A stretch of DNA of 28,888 nt from Flavobacteriales bacterium (lineage in GTDB: Bacteria; Bacteroidota; Bacteroidia; Flavobacteriales_D; Crocinitomicaceae), in contig JABJEE010000129.1 of NCBI GenBank assembly GCA_018665005.1, positions 1-28,888 on the forward strand, written 5' to 3'. Position 1 is the first letter of the stretch, and the number at the start of each line of letters is the position of its first letter. Below, piece by piece: positions 1 to 9,156 of this stretch. The translations under genes were made by a program, and so were the position numbers. The notes beneath the pieces are model-generated. The model was given only the letters and a program-made list of their open reading frames with translations. It searched no databases and had not been told where the DNA came from.

Positions 1-638
1 ATATTATTGGTGGTAAACGTAATCAATATAAAAGCTGGAGTACTAGATGGCCCAACATACTGAAAAGGAATTGCTTTTCTTTCCCATCCATTTGTAGGCA
101 AATAATTTAAGCTCGCAACAGCAACAGTATGTGATTCAGAACCTACATCTGTAGGGTCTCTGTAGTCATAATCATCATGAATTACGGCACGAACCCTGGC
201 AGAGTCAGAATTACTGTTGGCATTGTATTTAACCCAGAAAACCAATGAATCAGGCATTGTGGTAAGTGCTTGTGAGAAATCACCATCAGTAGTACTCGAG
301 AAATTATAATTATCTGGGCTACTTGGTGTACTACTCCCCATATTAATTCTACCTAAAGTTAAATTCCCATTGGCAATAATCCCCAAGGTGCTTTTCGAGA
401 AAACTCGAGCGCTATACATTCCGGTTGAAGAAGAAGAAACGTCAGTTGACTGTTCAACTTGCTGAGAACCAAAAAAAGCAAGTCCACCTGTTGCAGACAT
501 GAAACTGTTCCAATTTGAAGGTTCTTCGGAAGATGATCCAACGTCATCCCAATCCTCCATATTTCCATTGTCAATTTGCTGTGCTATTATTCCTGTTGTC
601 AAGAATATCGATAAAATCGAGAAGTAAAATTTAATCAT
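1..638 (-). CDS. Secreted PCMD-like (putative carbohydrate metabolism domain) protein, 3'-truncated by the window edge
   Basis: Manual translation from ATG 638 stays open to base 1: MIKFYFSILSIFLTTGIIAQQIDNGNMEDW...EPSNWNS...GIIANGNLTLGRINMGS...PDSLVFWVKY...GWERKAIPFQY. It has a signal peptide ending A|Q; NG.ME.W, PDSL.FWVKY and W....IPF.Y are typical of Bacteroidota PCMD proteins. Absent from the ORF track because no stop lies in the window. Confidence 0.75.
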   Translation of the reverse strand, partial: MIKFYFSILSIFLTTGIIAQQIDNGNMEDWDDVGSSSEEPSNWNSFMSATGGLAFFGSQQVEQSTDVSSSSTGMYSARVFSKSTLGIIANGNLTLGRINMGSSTPSSPDNYNFSSTTDGDFSQALTTMPDSLVFWVKYNANSNSDSARVRAVIHDDYDYRDPTDVGSESHTVAVASLNYLPTNGWERKAIPFQYVGPSSTPAFILITFTTNN

Positions 639-657
639 AAGTAAAAAGTTTGTTAAA

Positions 658-665
658 CAAATATA
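658..665 (-). promoter_or_regulatory. Bacteroidota sigma70 -7 box (TATATTTG)
   Basis: Exact TAnnTTTG match on the minus strand, 19 nt upstream of ATG 638, in a divergent intergenic region. Confidence 0.55.
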
Positions 666-781
666 ACTAAATACTCAAACCCATAAATTTTATCTAAGAA
701 TCCATTAAAATAGGATTGATTATCAATTTACTTTATCTGAAACAAGTCAATTGATTAACTTTACGTCCAAATTTGAAAAAG

Positions 782-1384
782 ATGTCCGATGAATTACCAG
801 TAATGGAGGAGTTTTTTACCATTCAAGGAGAGGGTAAGTACACAGGAACTCCTGCTTATTTCATTCGTCTTGGCGGCTGTGACGTGGGATGCGTTTGGTG
901 TGATGTCAAAGAAAGTTGGGATGCGGAAATGCATCCCAAACACAAAGTAAGCGATATCATTAACCGGGTTAATCATGGTGCTGCTGATTTAGTCGTCATT
1001 ACCGGCGGAGAACCGGCTATGTATGACTTAACAGAGCTTTGTAAAGGATTGACATCCATCGGAAAAACAATTGCGATAGAGACCTCTGGATGTTATCAAC
1101 TAAAAGGCGCATTAAATTGGTACACCTTTTCACCGAAAAAATTTAAAAAACCGATTAAAGAAGCTTATGAAAAAGCAAATGAGCTTAAGGTGGTGATTTA
1201 CCACAAATCGGATTTTGAATGGGCAATGGACCATGCAAAAAAAGTGAATGAGGATTGTCTTTTGTATATCCAACCTGAATGGTCAAAAAGAGATCAATTA
1301 ATGGATGAAATTGTGACTTTTGTAAAACGTAACAAAGGCTGGAAAATATCGTTACAAACCCACAAATACATGAATATTCCTTAA
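782..1384 (+). CDS. queE: 7-carboxy-7-deazaguanine synthase (radical SAM)
   Basis: E.F.TIQGEG..TG.PAYFIRLGGCDVGCVWCD (CxxxCxxC), VITGGEP, IETSG, W..SLQTHK. ATG 782 preferred over TTG 773. Confidence 0.93.
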   Translation: MSDELPVMEEFFTIQGEGKYTGTPAYFIRLGGCDVGCVWCDVKESWDAEMHPKHKVSDIINRVNHGAADLVVITGGEPAMYDLTELCKGLTSIGKTIAIETSGCYQLKGALNWYTFSPKKFKKPIKEAYEKANELKVVIYHKSDFEWAMDHAKKVNEDCLLYIQPEWSKRDQLMDEIVTFVKRNKGWKISLQTHKYMNIP

Positions 1385-1393
1385 CTTTCTCTT

Positions 1394-3433
1394 ATGAAAT
1401 TTCAGTTCTTGTTTTTTCTTTTTCTTACCTGTTTTTTGGGTTCTTGCGCTAAAGCACAATTTGGTTATTCAACGAGAAGTAAAAAAGCCATTAAACTTTT
1501 TGAAAAAGCAAAAAAAATTCCAAGTGAATCCTTTGACGAAAACACCTATGAGCCGAACTATAAAGATGCTATTCAGGTATTGAAGCAGGCTTTACAAAAA
1601 GATCCTAACTTTTGGGAAGCCCATTTACTTTCAGGTGAGTTTCATGAATACTCAAATAATTACCCGTTAGCCATCAAGCATTATGAAAAGGCCTTAGACA
1701 TCAACCCTCTTCATAGCAAGTCAGGTTCTACTTATTGTTATTTGGCCAATCTTAACTTGGCTCTTGGAAATTATGACGAAAGCATAAAATATGCTGACAT
1801 TTTCTTGAAAAACCCGAATGCCAGTTCTGTTTTGAGCAAAGAAACCTACAAGATCAAACGAAGTGCTGAATTTGCACGACATGCTATTAAGAATCCAAAA
1901 CCTTTTAATCCAATAAATCTTGGACCTGGAGTGAACACTTCATTTCCAGAATATTACCCTGCCCTGACCGTTGATGGTAGTACCATTTTATTCACAAGGC
2001 TTCTGCCAATCAAAATGAGAGATTTTTACCAACAAGAAGATTTCTTTATTTCTCTAAAAAATGAGGATGGGTATTGGGGCAAATCAATGCCAATGCCGAA
2101 AAACATAAATACAAGCAATAACGAAGGTGCTCCTACCCTATCTGCTGATGGTCGAAACCTCGTATTTGTAGCATGCGCAGATCAAACAGGTTCTTATTAT
2201 GGGGAAAACAGAAGCGGTAAAGGAAGCTGTGATCTTTTTTATGCCAAAAAAATTGGAAATACCTGGTATGGTCCAATTAATCTGCCTGGATATGTTAATA
2301 GTGGAAATTGGGAGTCACAACCGTCTTTGTCTGCGGATGGTAAAACACTCTATTTTATTAAAGGTATAAAAGGCAGTAAAAATAACAACAGTGATATTTA
2401 CGTTTCCCGTATTCAAAAAGATGGTGCCTGGGGAGTCCCACAACGATTACCTGATCACATTAATACGCCTAATACTGAGGAGTCTGTACATATTCACCCA
2501 GATGGAAGGACCCTTTATTTTGCATCAAAAGGACATCCAGGTATGGGAGGTTCGGATTTATACGTTACTCGAAAGCTACCTAATGGACAATGGTCGAAGC
2601 CTGAAAATTTGGGTTATCCTATTAACACAAAGTTTGATGAAAATTCTCTAATGGTTTCAGCTGAAGGTGAGATTGCCTATTTTGCTTCAAATCGTGAGGG
2701 CGGATATGGAGATTTAGATATCTATTCATTTAAGTTGCCAAAGGAAGCTCAAGCTACCAAAACTTTATATTTTGACGGATTCGTTTATGACAAGATGACT
2801 GGAAAACCTCTTCCAGGGAATTTTGAGCTCTTTGATCTATCAACAGGAGAAAGAATCATCGTATCTGAGGCTGACGAGGTTACAGGAACTTTTATGGTTG
2901 CTTTACCCATGAATAGCAATTATGCGATATCTGTAACTTATGAAGGTTACCACCCCTACTCTCTTAATTTCGATTTATCAGAAGAAAAAGAATTAAACAG
3001 CTTCCATATTGATATCCCTATGAATAAACCCGCAGAAGGGAATACAAGCAATGACTCAATAACAACAGAAAATATTTTCAAAAATGTGTTTTTTGATTTG
3101 AATAGATCTAAATTAAGACCTGAATCGCAAATTGAACTTGATCTCTTTGCTCAATATTTAACTGAAAACAATGAAATTAAAATCGAATTAGGCGGTCATA
3201 CGGATTCGAGAGGAGATGAGAATAAGAACATTACCTTATCAGAAGAACGTGCTAAATCTGTATTTAACTATTTGATTGAAAAAGGAATTAAACCCACTCG
3301 AATGACATTCAAAGGATACGGGTCTTCAAACCCTATATTCTCTGACGAAAAAATAAGCAGCATGAAAAATTCTTCAAAGAAAGAAGCTGCACACCAACAA
3401 AATAGAAGAACAGTATGGCGGGAAATCTTATAA
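1394..3433 (+). CDS. PorE-like TPR / PD40 beta-propeller / OmpA_C peptidoglycan-binding protein
   Basis: N-terminal TPR-like helices, PD40-type repeats (EYYPALTVDG, EGAPTLSADG, ESQPSLSADG, SVHIHPDG), a carboxypeptidase-regulatory-like segment, and an OmpA_C domain (VFFD..., IELGGHTDSRG, LSEERA, NRR). Confidence 0.85.
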   Translation: MKFQFLFFLFLTCFLGSCAKAQFGYSTRSKKAIKLFEKAKKIPSESFDENTYEPNYKDAIQVLKQALQKDPNFWEAHLLSGEFHEYSNNYPLAIKHYEKALDINPLHSKSGSTYCYLANLNLALGNYDESIKYADIFLKNPNASSVLSKETYKIKRSAEFARHAIKNPKPFNPINLGPGVNTSFPEYYPALTVDGSTILFTRLLPIKMRDFYQQEDFFISLKNEDGYWGKSMPMPKNINTSNNEGAPTLSADGRNLVFVACADQTGSYYGENRSGKGSCDLFYAKKIGNTWYGPINLPGYVNSGNWESQPSLSADGKTLYFIKGIKGSKNNNSDIYVSRIQKDGAWGVPQRLPDHINTPNTEESVHIHPDGRTLYFASKGHPGMGGSDLYVTRKLPNGQWSKPENLGYPINTKFDENSLMVSAEGEIAYFASNREGGYGDLDIYSFKLPKEAQATKTLYFDGFVYDKMTGKPLPGNFELFDLSTGERIIVSEADEVTGTFMVALPMNSNYAISVTYEGYHPYSLNFDLSEEKELNSFHIDIPMNKPAEGNTSNDSITTENIFKNVFFDLNRSKLRPESQIELDLFAQYLTENNEIKIELGGHTDSRGDENKNITLSEERAKSVFNYLIEKGIKPTRMTFKGYGSSNPIFSDEKISSMKNSSKKEAAHQQNRRTVWREIL

Positions 3434-4332
3434 TACCTATTTTCAGGCTAGTTCGACCTAAAAATATATTCATTATTTTGGCAACGATGCTTGGTGTATA
3501 CTACACCTTAGCTTTTAACAATCCCATAGTTCATGTAAGTCGATTTGATTTTGTTTTACTCCTTTTATCAACCTCTTTAATTGCAGGAGCTGGTAACATG
3601 ATAAATGACTATTTCGATGTAAAAGCTGACCGCGTGAACAAGCCACACAAACTCATCATTTCCAAGCATGTAAAAAGAAGATGGGCCATTATTTTACATT
3701 GGGTTTTTAATTTTTCAGCATTGATTATCTCCATATATCTTAGCAGCAAGTACAGCACATTTTGGTATGTTTTTATTAACCTTCTCGCAATTAATACACT
3801 ATGGTTTTACAGTGTCTACTTTAAGAAAAAAATATTTCTCGGAAATCTAATTATTGCAATCATGACTGGCTTCATTCCACTTTTGGCCTTAAGCTTTTTC
3901 GTCCTTTCCAAAGAGAGCGGGATTTTTAATCAAATAAATGGCCATTGGTATGAAAACCCCGAATTCCATATCATTTACTTATTGTCTTTTTTCGCAATGA
4001 TGCAGAACTTGGCTAGAGAAATCTGCAAAGATATTTCGGATATTCCAGGCGATCGTAAAATTTATGTGAAATCAATTCCAATGAAATATGGTTTAAAAAC
4101 CACAAAAACGATCGTCGCCCTTATTCTGAGTATTCAAATCCTAATTTTAAACATCGTCTACCCTATTTATGAACTAAAAATTGGTCAATGGACCTATTAT
4201 ATATTGTTGATCGCATTGAGTTTGAATTTATTAATAATGATTTTGATGCTCAAGAATGATTTTTTCGTTAAATACAGTCAATCGCTTTTAAAGCTGAGCA
4301 TGCTTATCGGCTTGAGTGCGTTATTCGTTTAA
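3415..4332 (+). CDS. UbiA-superfamily prenyltransferase, geranylgeranylglycerol-phosphate geranylgeranyltransferase (DGGGPS)-like
   Basis: Polytopic membrane protein with RP.N, GNMINDYFDVKADRVNKP and REICKDISDIPGD Asp-rich motifs. Confidence 0.85.
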   Translation: MAGNLIIPIFRLVRPKNIFIILATMLGVYYTLAFNNPIVHVSRFDFVLLLLSTSLIAGAGNMINDYFDVKADRVNKPHKLIISKHVKRRWAIILHWVFNFSALIISIYLSSKYSTFWYVFINLLAINTLWFYSVYFKKKIFLGNLIIAIMTGFIPLLALSFFVLSKESGIFNQINGHWYENPEFHIIYLLSFFAMMQNLAREICKDISDIPGDRKIYVKSIPMKYGLKTTKTIVALILSIQILILNIVYPIYELKIGQWTYYILLIALSLNLLIMILMLKNDFFVKYSQSLLKLSMLIGLSALFV

Positions 4333-4333
4333 A

Positions 4334-4900
4334 ATGAGGCTAATATTAGGTTCTGGTTCTCCACGCAGAAAATTTCTTTTAGAGGAAATGGGATACACTT
4401 TTGATGTTTTGATTTCTCATACTGATGAGTCATTTGACTCAAGTATGGACGTTTATCATGTTGCTCCTTTTTTAGCACATAAAAAAGCAAAATCTCTATC
4501 AGGAAGACTTCAAGAAGAAGATGTGTTAATCTGCTGTGACACCGTTGTTATTTTTCAAAACTCCATTTTGGGTAAACCAAGAAATACGAGCGAAGCTTTT
4601 GAAACCATTCAGCGTTTATCTGGTGAAACTCATGAGGTGGTAAGTGCGGTTGTAATTGTGAACGGAACAAGGTGGATTGAATTTCATGAAACCACTCAAA
4701 TTGTTTTTGATGAAATACAACCAGAAGACATTCAATATTATATTGATCAGTTCAAACCACTAGACAAAGCCGGTGCATATGGAATACAAGAGTGGATAGG
4801 ATTGATCGCAGTCAAAGAAATTAGAGGCAGTTACACAAACGTAATAGGACTGCCTACCCAAAGAATCAAGAGAGAATTACAAAAGCTTAAATTAAAGTAA
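4334..4900 (+). CDS. maf: Maf/YhdE-type nucleoside triphosphate pyrophosphatase
   Basis: LGSGSPRR, CCDTVV, LGKP, DKAGAYGIQ, NVIGLP. ATG 4334 lies just after the upstream stop. Confidence 0.92.
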   Translation: MRLILGSGSPRRKFLLEEMGYTFDVLISHTDESFDSSMDVYHVAPFLAHKKAKSLSGRLQEEDVLICCDTVVIFQNSILGKPRNTSEAFETIQRLSGETHEVVSAVVIVNGTRWIEFHETTQIVFDEIQPEDIQYYIDQFKPLDKAGAYGIQEWIGLIAVKEIRGSYTNVIGLPTQRIKRELQKLKLK

Positions 4901-4907
4901 GTCCTTA

Positions 4908-6146
4908 TTAATTTAATTTGAATTCTACTCTACGGCTTTTGGCAGCTTTGAGCTCTTCATCATCTACACTAGGAGCAATTTCTCTACTTACCTCAGTATC
5001 CCTATGAGATTTTACAGAAATCCTAGAATCTTCGATACCATTTGCAAGGAAATAGCGTTTCACATAATTTGCTCTAACCATGCCCATGTCACTGAACTCT
5101 TCTTTAGACGCTCCCAAACCTTCTTCTTGGCTATCAGAATGGCCATGAACCTCAAGGCTTACACTTGGGTCAGCTTTTAATACTCCTGCAATAAATTTTA
5201 AACTTTCTTTAGAATTAGGTGTAAAGTCTTTTTTTCCAAAACCATAAAACAATTCTTGTGCAGCTACTTTTTCAGCAGTTGACATAGACTCTTCAACATG
5301 GATTGCCTTAGTGTATATCAAGGTTGAATATTCCTCCGTATGTGCAGTTTGACTGTTTACAACACAATTACAGTCCTCGTCAGAATCAATTTGTTTAACG
5401 GTGACATTGTCAATATAATAATAGGCATGTTTGAGCACCTCTACTTCAGCTGTTTTTGGCTTTTTCACTGGAATCCACTTGGTGTTGTCATTCTTGTCAA
5501 AATTTCCAATGGTAATAAATTTCTCATCTCCCTTAGCCGTGTAAATTTCACAAACTTGGTCCCAACCAAAAAATCCTTGGTGAATTCTATTGTTTTTACC
5601 TCTAATCAGGTTTTCTGGAGCGTTAATGATTCCAGATTTACTGGAAGGCGCTTCTTTCGTAAAATAAGCTCCGATATTATTACAAGCATATTTAGACGAT
5701 TCAGCTAAAGAAACCTTAAATTGAATACAATATTTTAATCCTTTCGACAATGAAACATTTCCTTTTCCTTTTAAAAATGGAATTGTAATGTAGCTTCTCA
5801 ATGAAGATTCCCTGCCTGGCTTATAAGCAACAAATCCCGCGTATACTTTCCCCCCATCAACATCACTTTCCTCACTGCCAAAAGCATTATTCGGAACACC
5901 TGCAATTGTTCCTGCACCTTTTTGAAATAAATCTGCTGCATTTTCAGTTGGTGAGAAAACACCATTGTCCAATAAAGTAATTGAACCAAGTTCAGAAACT
6001 TCCTCATCTTCCTGTAATCTTTCGAATGTCATCTTCAAGACATCAGAACTTGTAGATTTTCCTTTTTTACCTCTTTTTTGTGCTGAAGCAGTAGTACCTG
6101 CAATAAATAACAATAAGGCTAAACCAATAGATAGATTAAATTTCAT
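4908..6146 (-). CDS. OmpA_C-domain protein with N-terminal beta-sandwich (carbohydrate-binding-like) domain
   Basis: Signal peptide MKFNLSIGLALLLFIAGTTASA|Q; N-domain with YAGF, FKVSLAE.SKYA, ITIGNF, YYYIDNV; C-terminal EVHGHSD...RA..V...G....R...SRRVEF. Confidence 0.75.
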   Translation of the reverse strand: MKFNLSIGLALLLFIAGTTASAQKRGKKGKSTSSDVLKMTFERLQEDEEVSELGSITLLDNGVFSPTENAADLFQKGAGTIAGVPNNAFGSEESDVDGGKVYAGFVAYKPGRESSLRSYITIPFLKGKGNVSLSKGLKYCIQFKVSLAESSKYACNNIGAYFTKEAPSSKSGIINAPENLIRGKNNRIHQGFFGWDQVCEIYTAKGDEKFITIGNFDKNDNTKWIPVKKPKTAEVEVLKHAYYYIDNVTVKQIDSDEDCNCVVNSQTAHTEEYSTLIYTKAIHVEESMSTAEKVAAQELFYGFGKKDFTPNSKESLKFIAGVLKADPSVSLEVHGHSDSQEEGLGASKEEFSDMGMVRANYVKRYFLANGIEDSRISVKSHRDTEVSREIAPSVDDEELKAAKSRRVEFKLN

Positions 6147-7164
6147 AATTTTTAACTGTATTAATAAATGTTTTGACATTTTCAGGATGAATATCAGGAT
6201 AAACACCATGACCCAAATTTACAATATGCCGAGGACTTTTAAAAGATTTCAACATTTTAAACGTTTCAGACTGAATGCTTTCGTGAGAACCATAGAGTAC
6301 GCACGGGTCTAAATTGCCCTGAAGGGTTTTTGTATTTCCACACAAAGAACGTGCGTTGATTACACTCATGTTCCAATCCAATCCAATGGTCGTACAAGAC
6401 AAATCCATTAAATTCGGCAAGGAACTATATGCTCCCTTTGCAAATACCGTTAATGGTCCATCTATAGCGTCTACAATCTGTGTAATATATTTCATTCCAA
6501 ATTCTTGATATTGATCGTGTCCCAAAATCCCTGCCCATGAGTCAAAAAGCTGTAGTGCATTTGCTCCATGTTTTTGTTGAGCTTTGAGATACTCAATCGT
6601 TACATCAGTAATTCGTTGTAGCAATTCATGTGCCAATCGCGAATTTGTATATAAAAGTTTTCGTGTTTCAGAAAATGTTTTGGAGCCTGATCCCTCAACC
6701 ATATAACATAATATAGTCCATGGAGCCCCAGCAAAACCAATTAATGGAACCCGATTGTTTAATTTCTTTTTGGTCAGAGCAATGGCCTCAAGTACATATG
6801 ATAATCTATCCTCTACATCTATATTTTTATCAATCAAGGATAAATCTGAGTCTGTTTTGATGGTGTTTTCAAACCAAGGGCCTTTTTTCTCAATCATTTG
6901 ATAAGGCAATCCCATAGCATCTGGAATCACCAATATATCTGAAAAAATAATAGCTGCATCAACACCCAAAAGATCAACGGGCTGAACAGTAACCTCTGAT
7001 GCCAACTCGGGGGTTTCAGCCAATTCTTTAAAACCAGAAACACTTGCTCTAACCGCTCGATATTCTGGTAAAATCCTTCCCGCTTGACGCATCAACCATA
7101 CAGGGTAACGCTCTATTTCTTCCCCTCTTGATGCACGTAAATAAAGATCATTTTCCAATTTCAT
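6136..7164 (-). CDS. hemE: Uroporphyrinogen decarboxylase
   Basis: PVWLMRQAGR, DAAIIFSDIL, PLIGFAGAPWT, QLFDSWAG, LQGNLDP, NLGHG. ATG 7164 preferred over the track start at 7173. Confidence 0.96.
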   Translation of the reverse strand: MKLENDLYLRASRGEEIERYPVWLMRQAGRILPEYRAVRASVSGFKELAETPELASEVTVQPVDLLGVDAAIIFSDILVIPDAMGLPYQMIEKKGPWFENTIKTDSDLSLIDKNIDVEDRLSYVLEAIALTKKKLNNRVPLIGFAGAPWTILCYMVEGSGSKTFSETRKLLYTNSRLAHELLQRITDVTIEYLKAQQKHGANALQLFDSWAGILGHDQYQEFGMKYITQIVDAIDGPLTVFAKGAYSSLPNLMDLSCTTIGLDWNMSVINARSLCGNTKTLQGNLDPCVLYGSHESIQSETFKMLKSFKSPRHIVNLGHGVYPDIHPENVKTFINTVKNYEI

Positions 7165-7170
7165 GAGTTG

Positions 7171-7178
7171 CAAATATA
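7171..7178 (-). promoter_or_regulatory. Bacteroidota -7 box (TATATTTG) for hemE
   Basis: Exact TAnnTTTG match in the ung-hemE gap, 6 nt before the ATG. Confidence 0.55.
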
Positions 7179-7189
7179 TAAAGGAATAC

Positions 7190-7861
7190 TTACCAATTGA
7201 TAACAGATAAATTATTCTCGTTTAAATAGTCATTGGCCTTACTAAAGTGTTTACAACCAAAAAATCCTCTGTAAGCAGACAATGGTGATGGGTGAACAGA
7301 AGATAATACCATGTGCTTATCCTCATTAATGAGTGATGTTTTGGCAGTTGCCTTTGCGCCCCACAACATAAAAACAAGCTCCTGTTTTTGATCAGAAAGT
7401 AGTTCAATGACACCATTAGTGAATTTCTCCCAGCCAATCCCTTTATGACTATCAGGACTCCCCTCTTCAACGGTCAAAACTGTATTTAGTAATAAAACAC
7501 CTTGCTCAGCCCAACGCGTTAAATCGCCATTTTCAGGAAAAGAAATACCAATATCGTTGTGAATTTCTTTAAATATATTATTCAAACTTTTAGGAAATGG
7601 ATAAATATCATTATTGACAGAAAAGGATAAACCATTTGCATACCCCTTTGTAGGGTATGGATCTTGACCTAAAATAACCACTTTTACTTTTTCAAATGGG
7701 CAAACATCAAAAGCACGAAACACCTCTTTTTTTTTAGGAAATATTTGAACTTTGTCTTCTCTGTAGAATTGGTCAACTTTTTTACTTAGCTCCAAAAAAT
7801 ACTTTTGCTCCAACTCATTGTTTAAAATGTTTTTCCAAGAAGCTTCGATTTGAAGACTCAT
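7190..7861 (-). CDS. ung: Uracil-DNA glycosylase (family 1)
   Basis: VVILGQDPY, GLSFSV, GVLLLNTVLTV, FMLWG, HPSPLSA. Confidence 0.96.
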   Translation of the reverse strand: MSLQIEASWKNILNNELEQKYFLELSKKVDQFYREDKVQIFPKKKEVFRAFDVCPFEKVKVVILGQDPYPTKGYANGLSFSVNNDIYPFPKSLNNIFKEIHNDIGISFPENGDLTRWAEQGVLLLNTVLTVEEGSPDSHKGIGWEKFTNGVIELLSDQKQELVFMLWGAKATAKTSLINEDKHMVLSSVHPSPLSAYRGFFGCKHFSKANDYLNENNLSVINW

Positions 7862-9156
7862 TTTAAATCAATTATTGCCGTCCATAAAGAAATATGTCCC
7901 TTATCCATACGGGGCCATACGGGCCGAACAACATTATCACGAGCAGCTATATTCAAATAATCTCCGAAAAACACCAAGGGATTTGGCTCAAAGGGTTTTT
8001 CTGAAATGACCTGCTCTTTAAAGCTATTGCCTCCATCCATACTTTGGGCCCAAACGACATCGGTAGGTTTTGAATCTACTCCTTTTCTATAATATACAAA
8101 ATGAATATTCCCATTACTAGGGTCTACCGTGAACCAAGTTAAAAAATGATTGTAATTATCGCTTTGTTTATGAACTGTTGTTGGAATGCTCCAGCTTTTA
8201 CCATTGTCCGATGAACTCGAAAATACCACGGATGTTTGACCCGTTTTCATGTTTTGAATTGTCCAATTCAAGTATAGTTTACCATAGTGAGGAGACGATT
8301 TGTTATGATCACTCAGAAAAACTGGTAAACCATTGCATCTGAAAAAATCATCAACCTCAATATTCCAACCACCTTCATGGTCAAATAAAAATTTCTCCTC
8401 TTTAAGCCAAGTTTCACCTTGATCTTTAGAAACATTTATCATTAAACCTTTAGGACCCGACCAAGCGACATAAATCTCTCCATTTTCCCCAAGTGCTGGC
8501 ATCGCTCCTTCCACTGTATTATCGCCATCCAGGCAATCACCTCCATATCGTGAAATCCGACTTGGAGTCGTCCATGTTTCTCCATCATCCAATGATTTGG
8601 AAAACACAATTATTGAAGAATCCTTTGGGTCAGATGAATCGTATGCATCAAACTGTGTCCACGTCATGTATATTACATCTGTTTCAGGATCAATGACCAT
8701 CCAGTGCTTATCTTGAACCTTTGTTCCATTGGGTCTTGGCGCTGTTCCATTGTTAAACTTTTCATCAAACACCTCCGCTTTTTGACAAACGATACGATCC
8801 AAATGACTCGTCTTGTTATAAGATGCCAAATGAAAATAAAAAAGATTGCCCTTTGAATTGAATTTTAAGACGGGGTCTCCATACACCCCAAAAGAACTTT
8901 TTAATTGTTTCGATGTCCAATTTAAACCACCATCTTTAGAATAATGGTAACCATCTAAAATAGACCCAACGGCTAAGTAATTGTTATTCGTAGGGTGGAT
9001 ATCGATTGAAGGTTCGCAACCACTGTAAGTATAGCCACTATTCGCTAATGGGATACGAACGTTTTGATATTGGCTACATGCGGAAAAACCAATAAATAAA
9101 AAAAACAAATACAGTATTTTAACGAAGCCAGTAATTGAGAAGTTTGGTGTTTTCAT
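7858..9156 (-). CDS. Secreted BNR/Asp-box beta-propeller (sialidase-like) hydrolase
   Basis: Five Asp-boxes: SKDGGLNW, SLDDGETW, SKDQGETW, SSDNGKSW, SMDGGNSF; also EPSI, GDP, DKHW and C-terminal FFGDY. Confidence 0.75.
   Translation of the reverse strand: MKTPNFSITGFVKILYLFFLFIGFSACSQYQNVRIPLANSGYTYSGCEPSIDIHPTNNNYLAVGSILDGYHYSKDGGLNWTSKQLKSSFGVYGDPVLKFNSKGNLFYFHLASYNKTSHLDRIVCQKAEVFDEKFNNGTAPRPNGTKVQDKHWMVIDPETDVIYMTWTQFDAYDSSDPKDSSIIVFSKSLDDGETWTTPSRISRYGGDCLDGDNTVEGAMPALGENGEIYVAWSGPKGLMINVSKDQGETWLKEEKFLFDHEGGWNIEVDDFFRCNGLPVFLSDHNKSSPHYGKLYLNWTIQNMKTGQTSVVFSSSSDNGKSWSIPTTVHKQSDNYNHFLTWFTVDPSNGNIHFVYYRKGVDSKPTDVVWAQSMDGGNSFKEQVISEKPFEPNPLVFFGDYLNIAARDNVVRPVWPRMDKGHISLWTAIIDLK

Noticed and set aside
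692-710. Second Fur-like box (TCTAAGAATCCATTAAAAT) in the queE divergent region
   Set aside because: Many mismatches and no real dyad symmetry; expected by chance in AT-rich DNA.
782-1384. queE as part of a 7-deazaguanine DNA-modification (dpd) defence island
   Set aside because: No dpdA/tgt-like, queC, queD or folE nearby; the context is housekeeping, so tRNA queuosine synthesis is the simpler reading.
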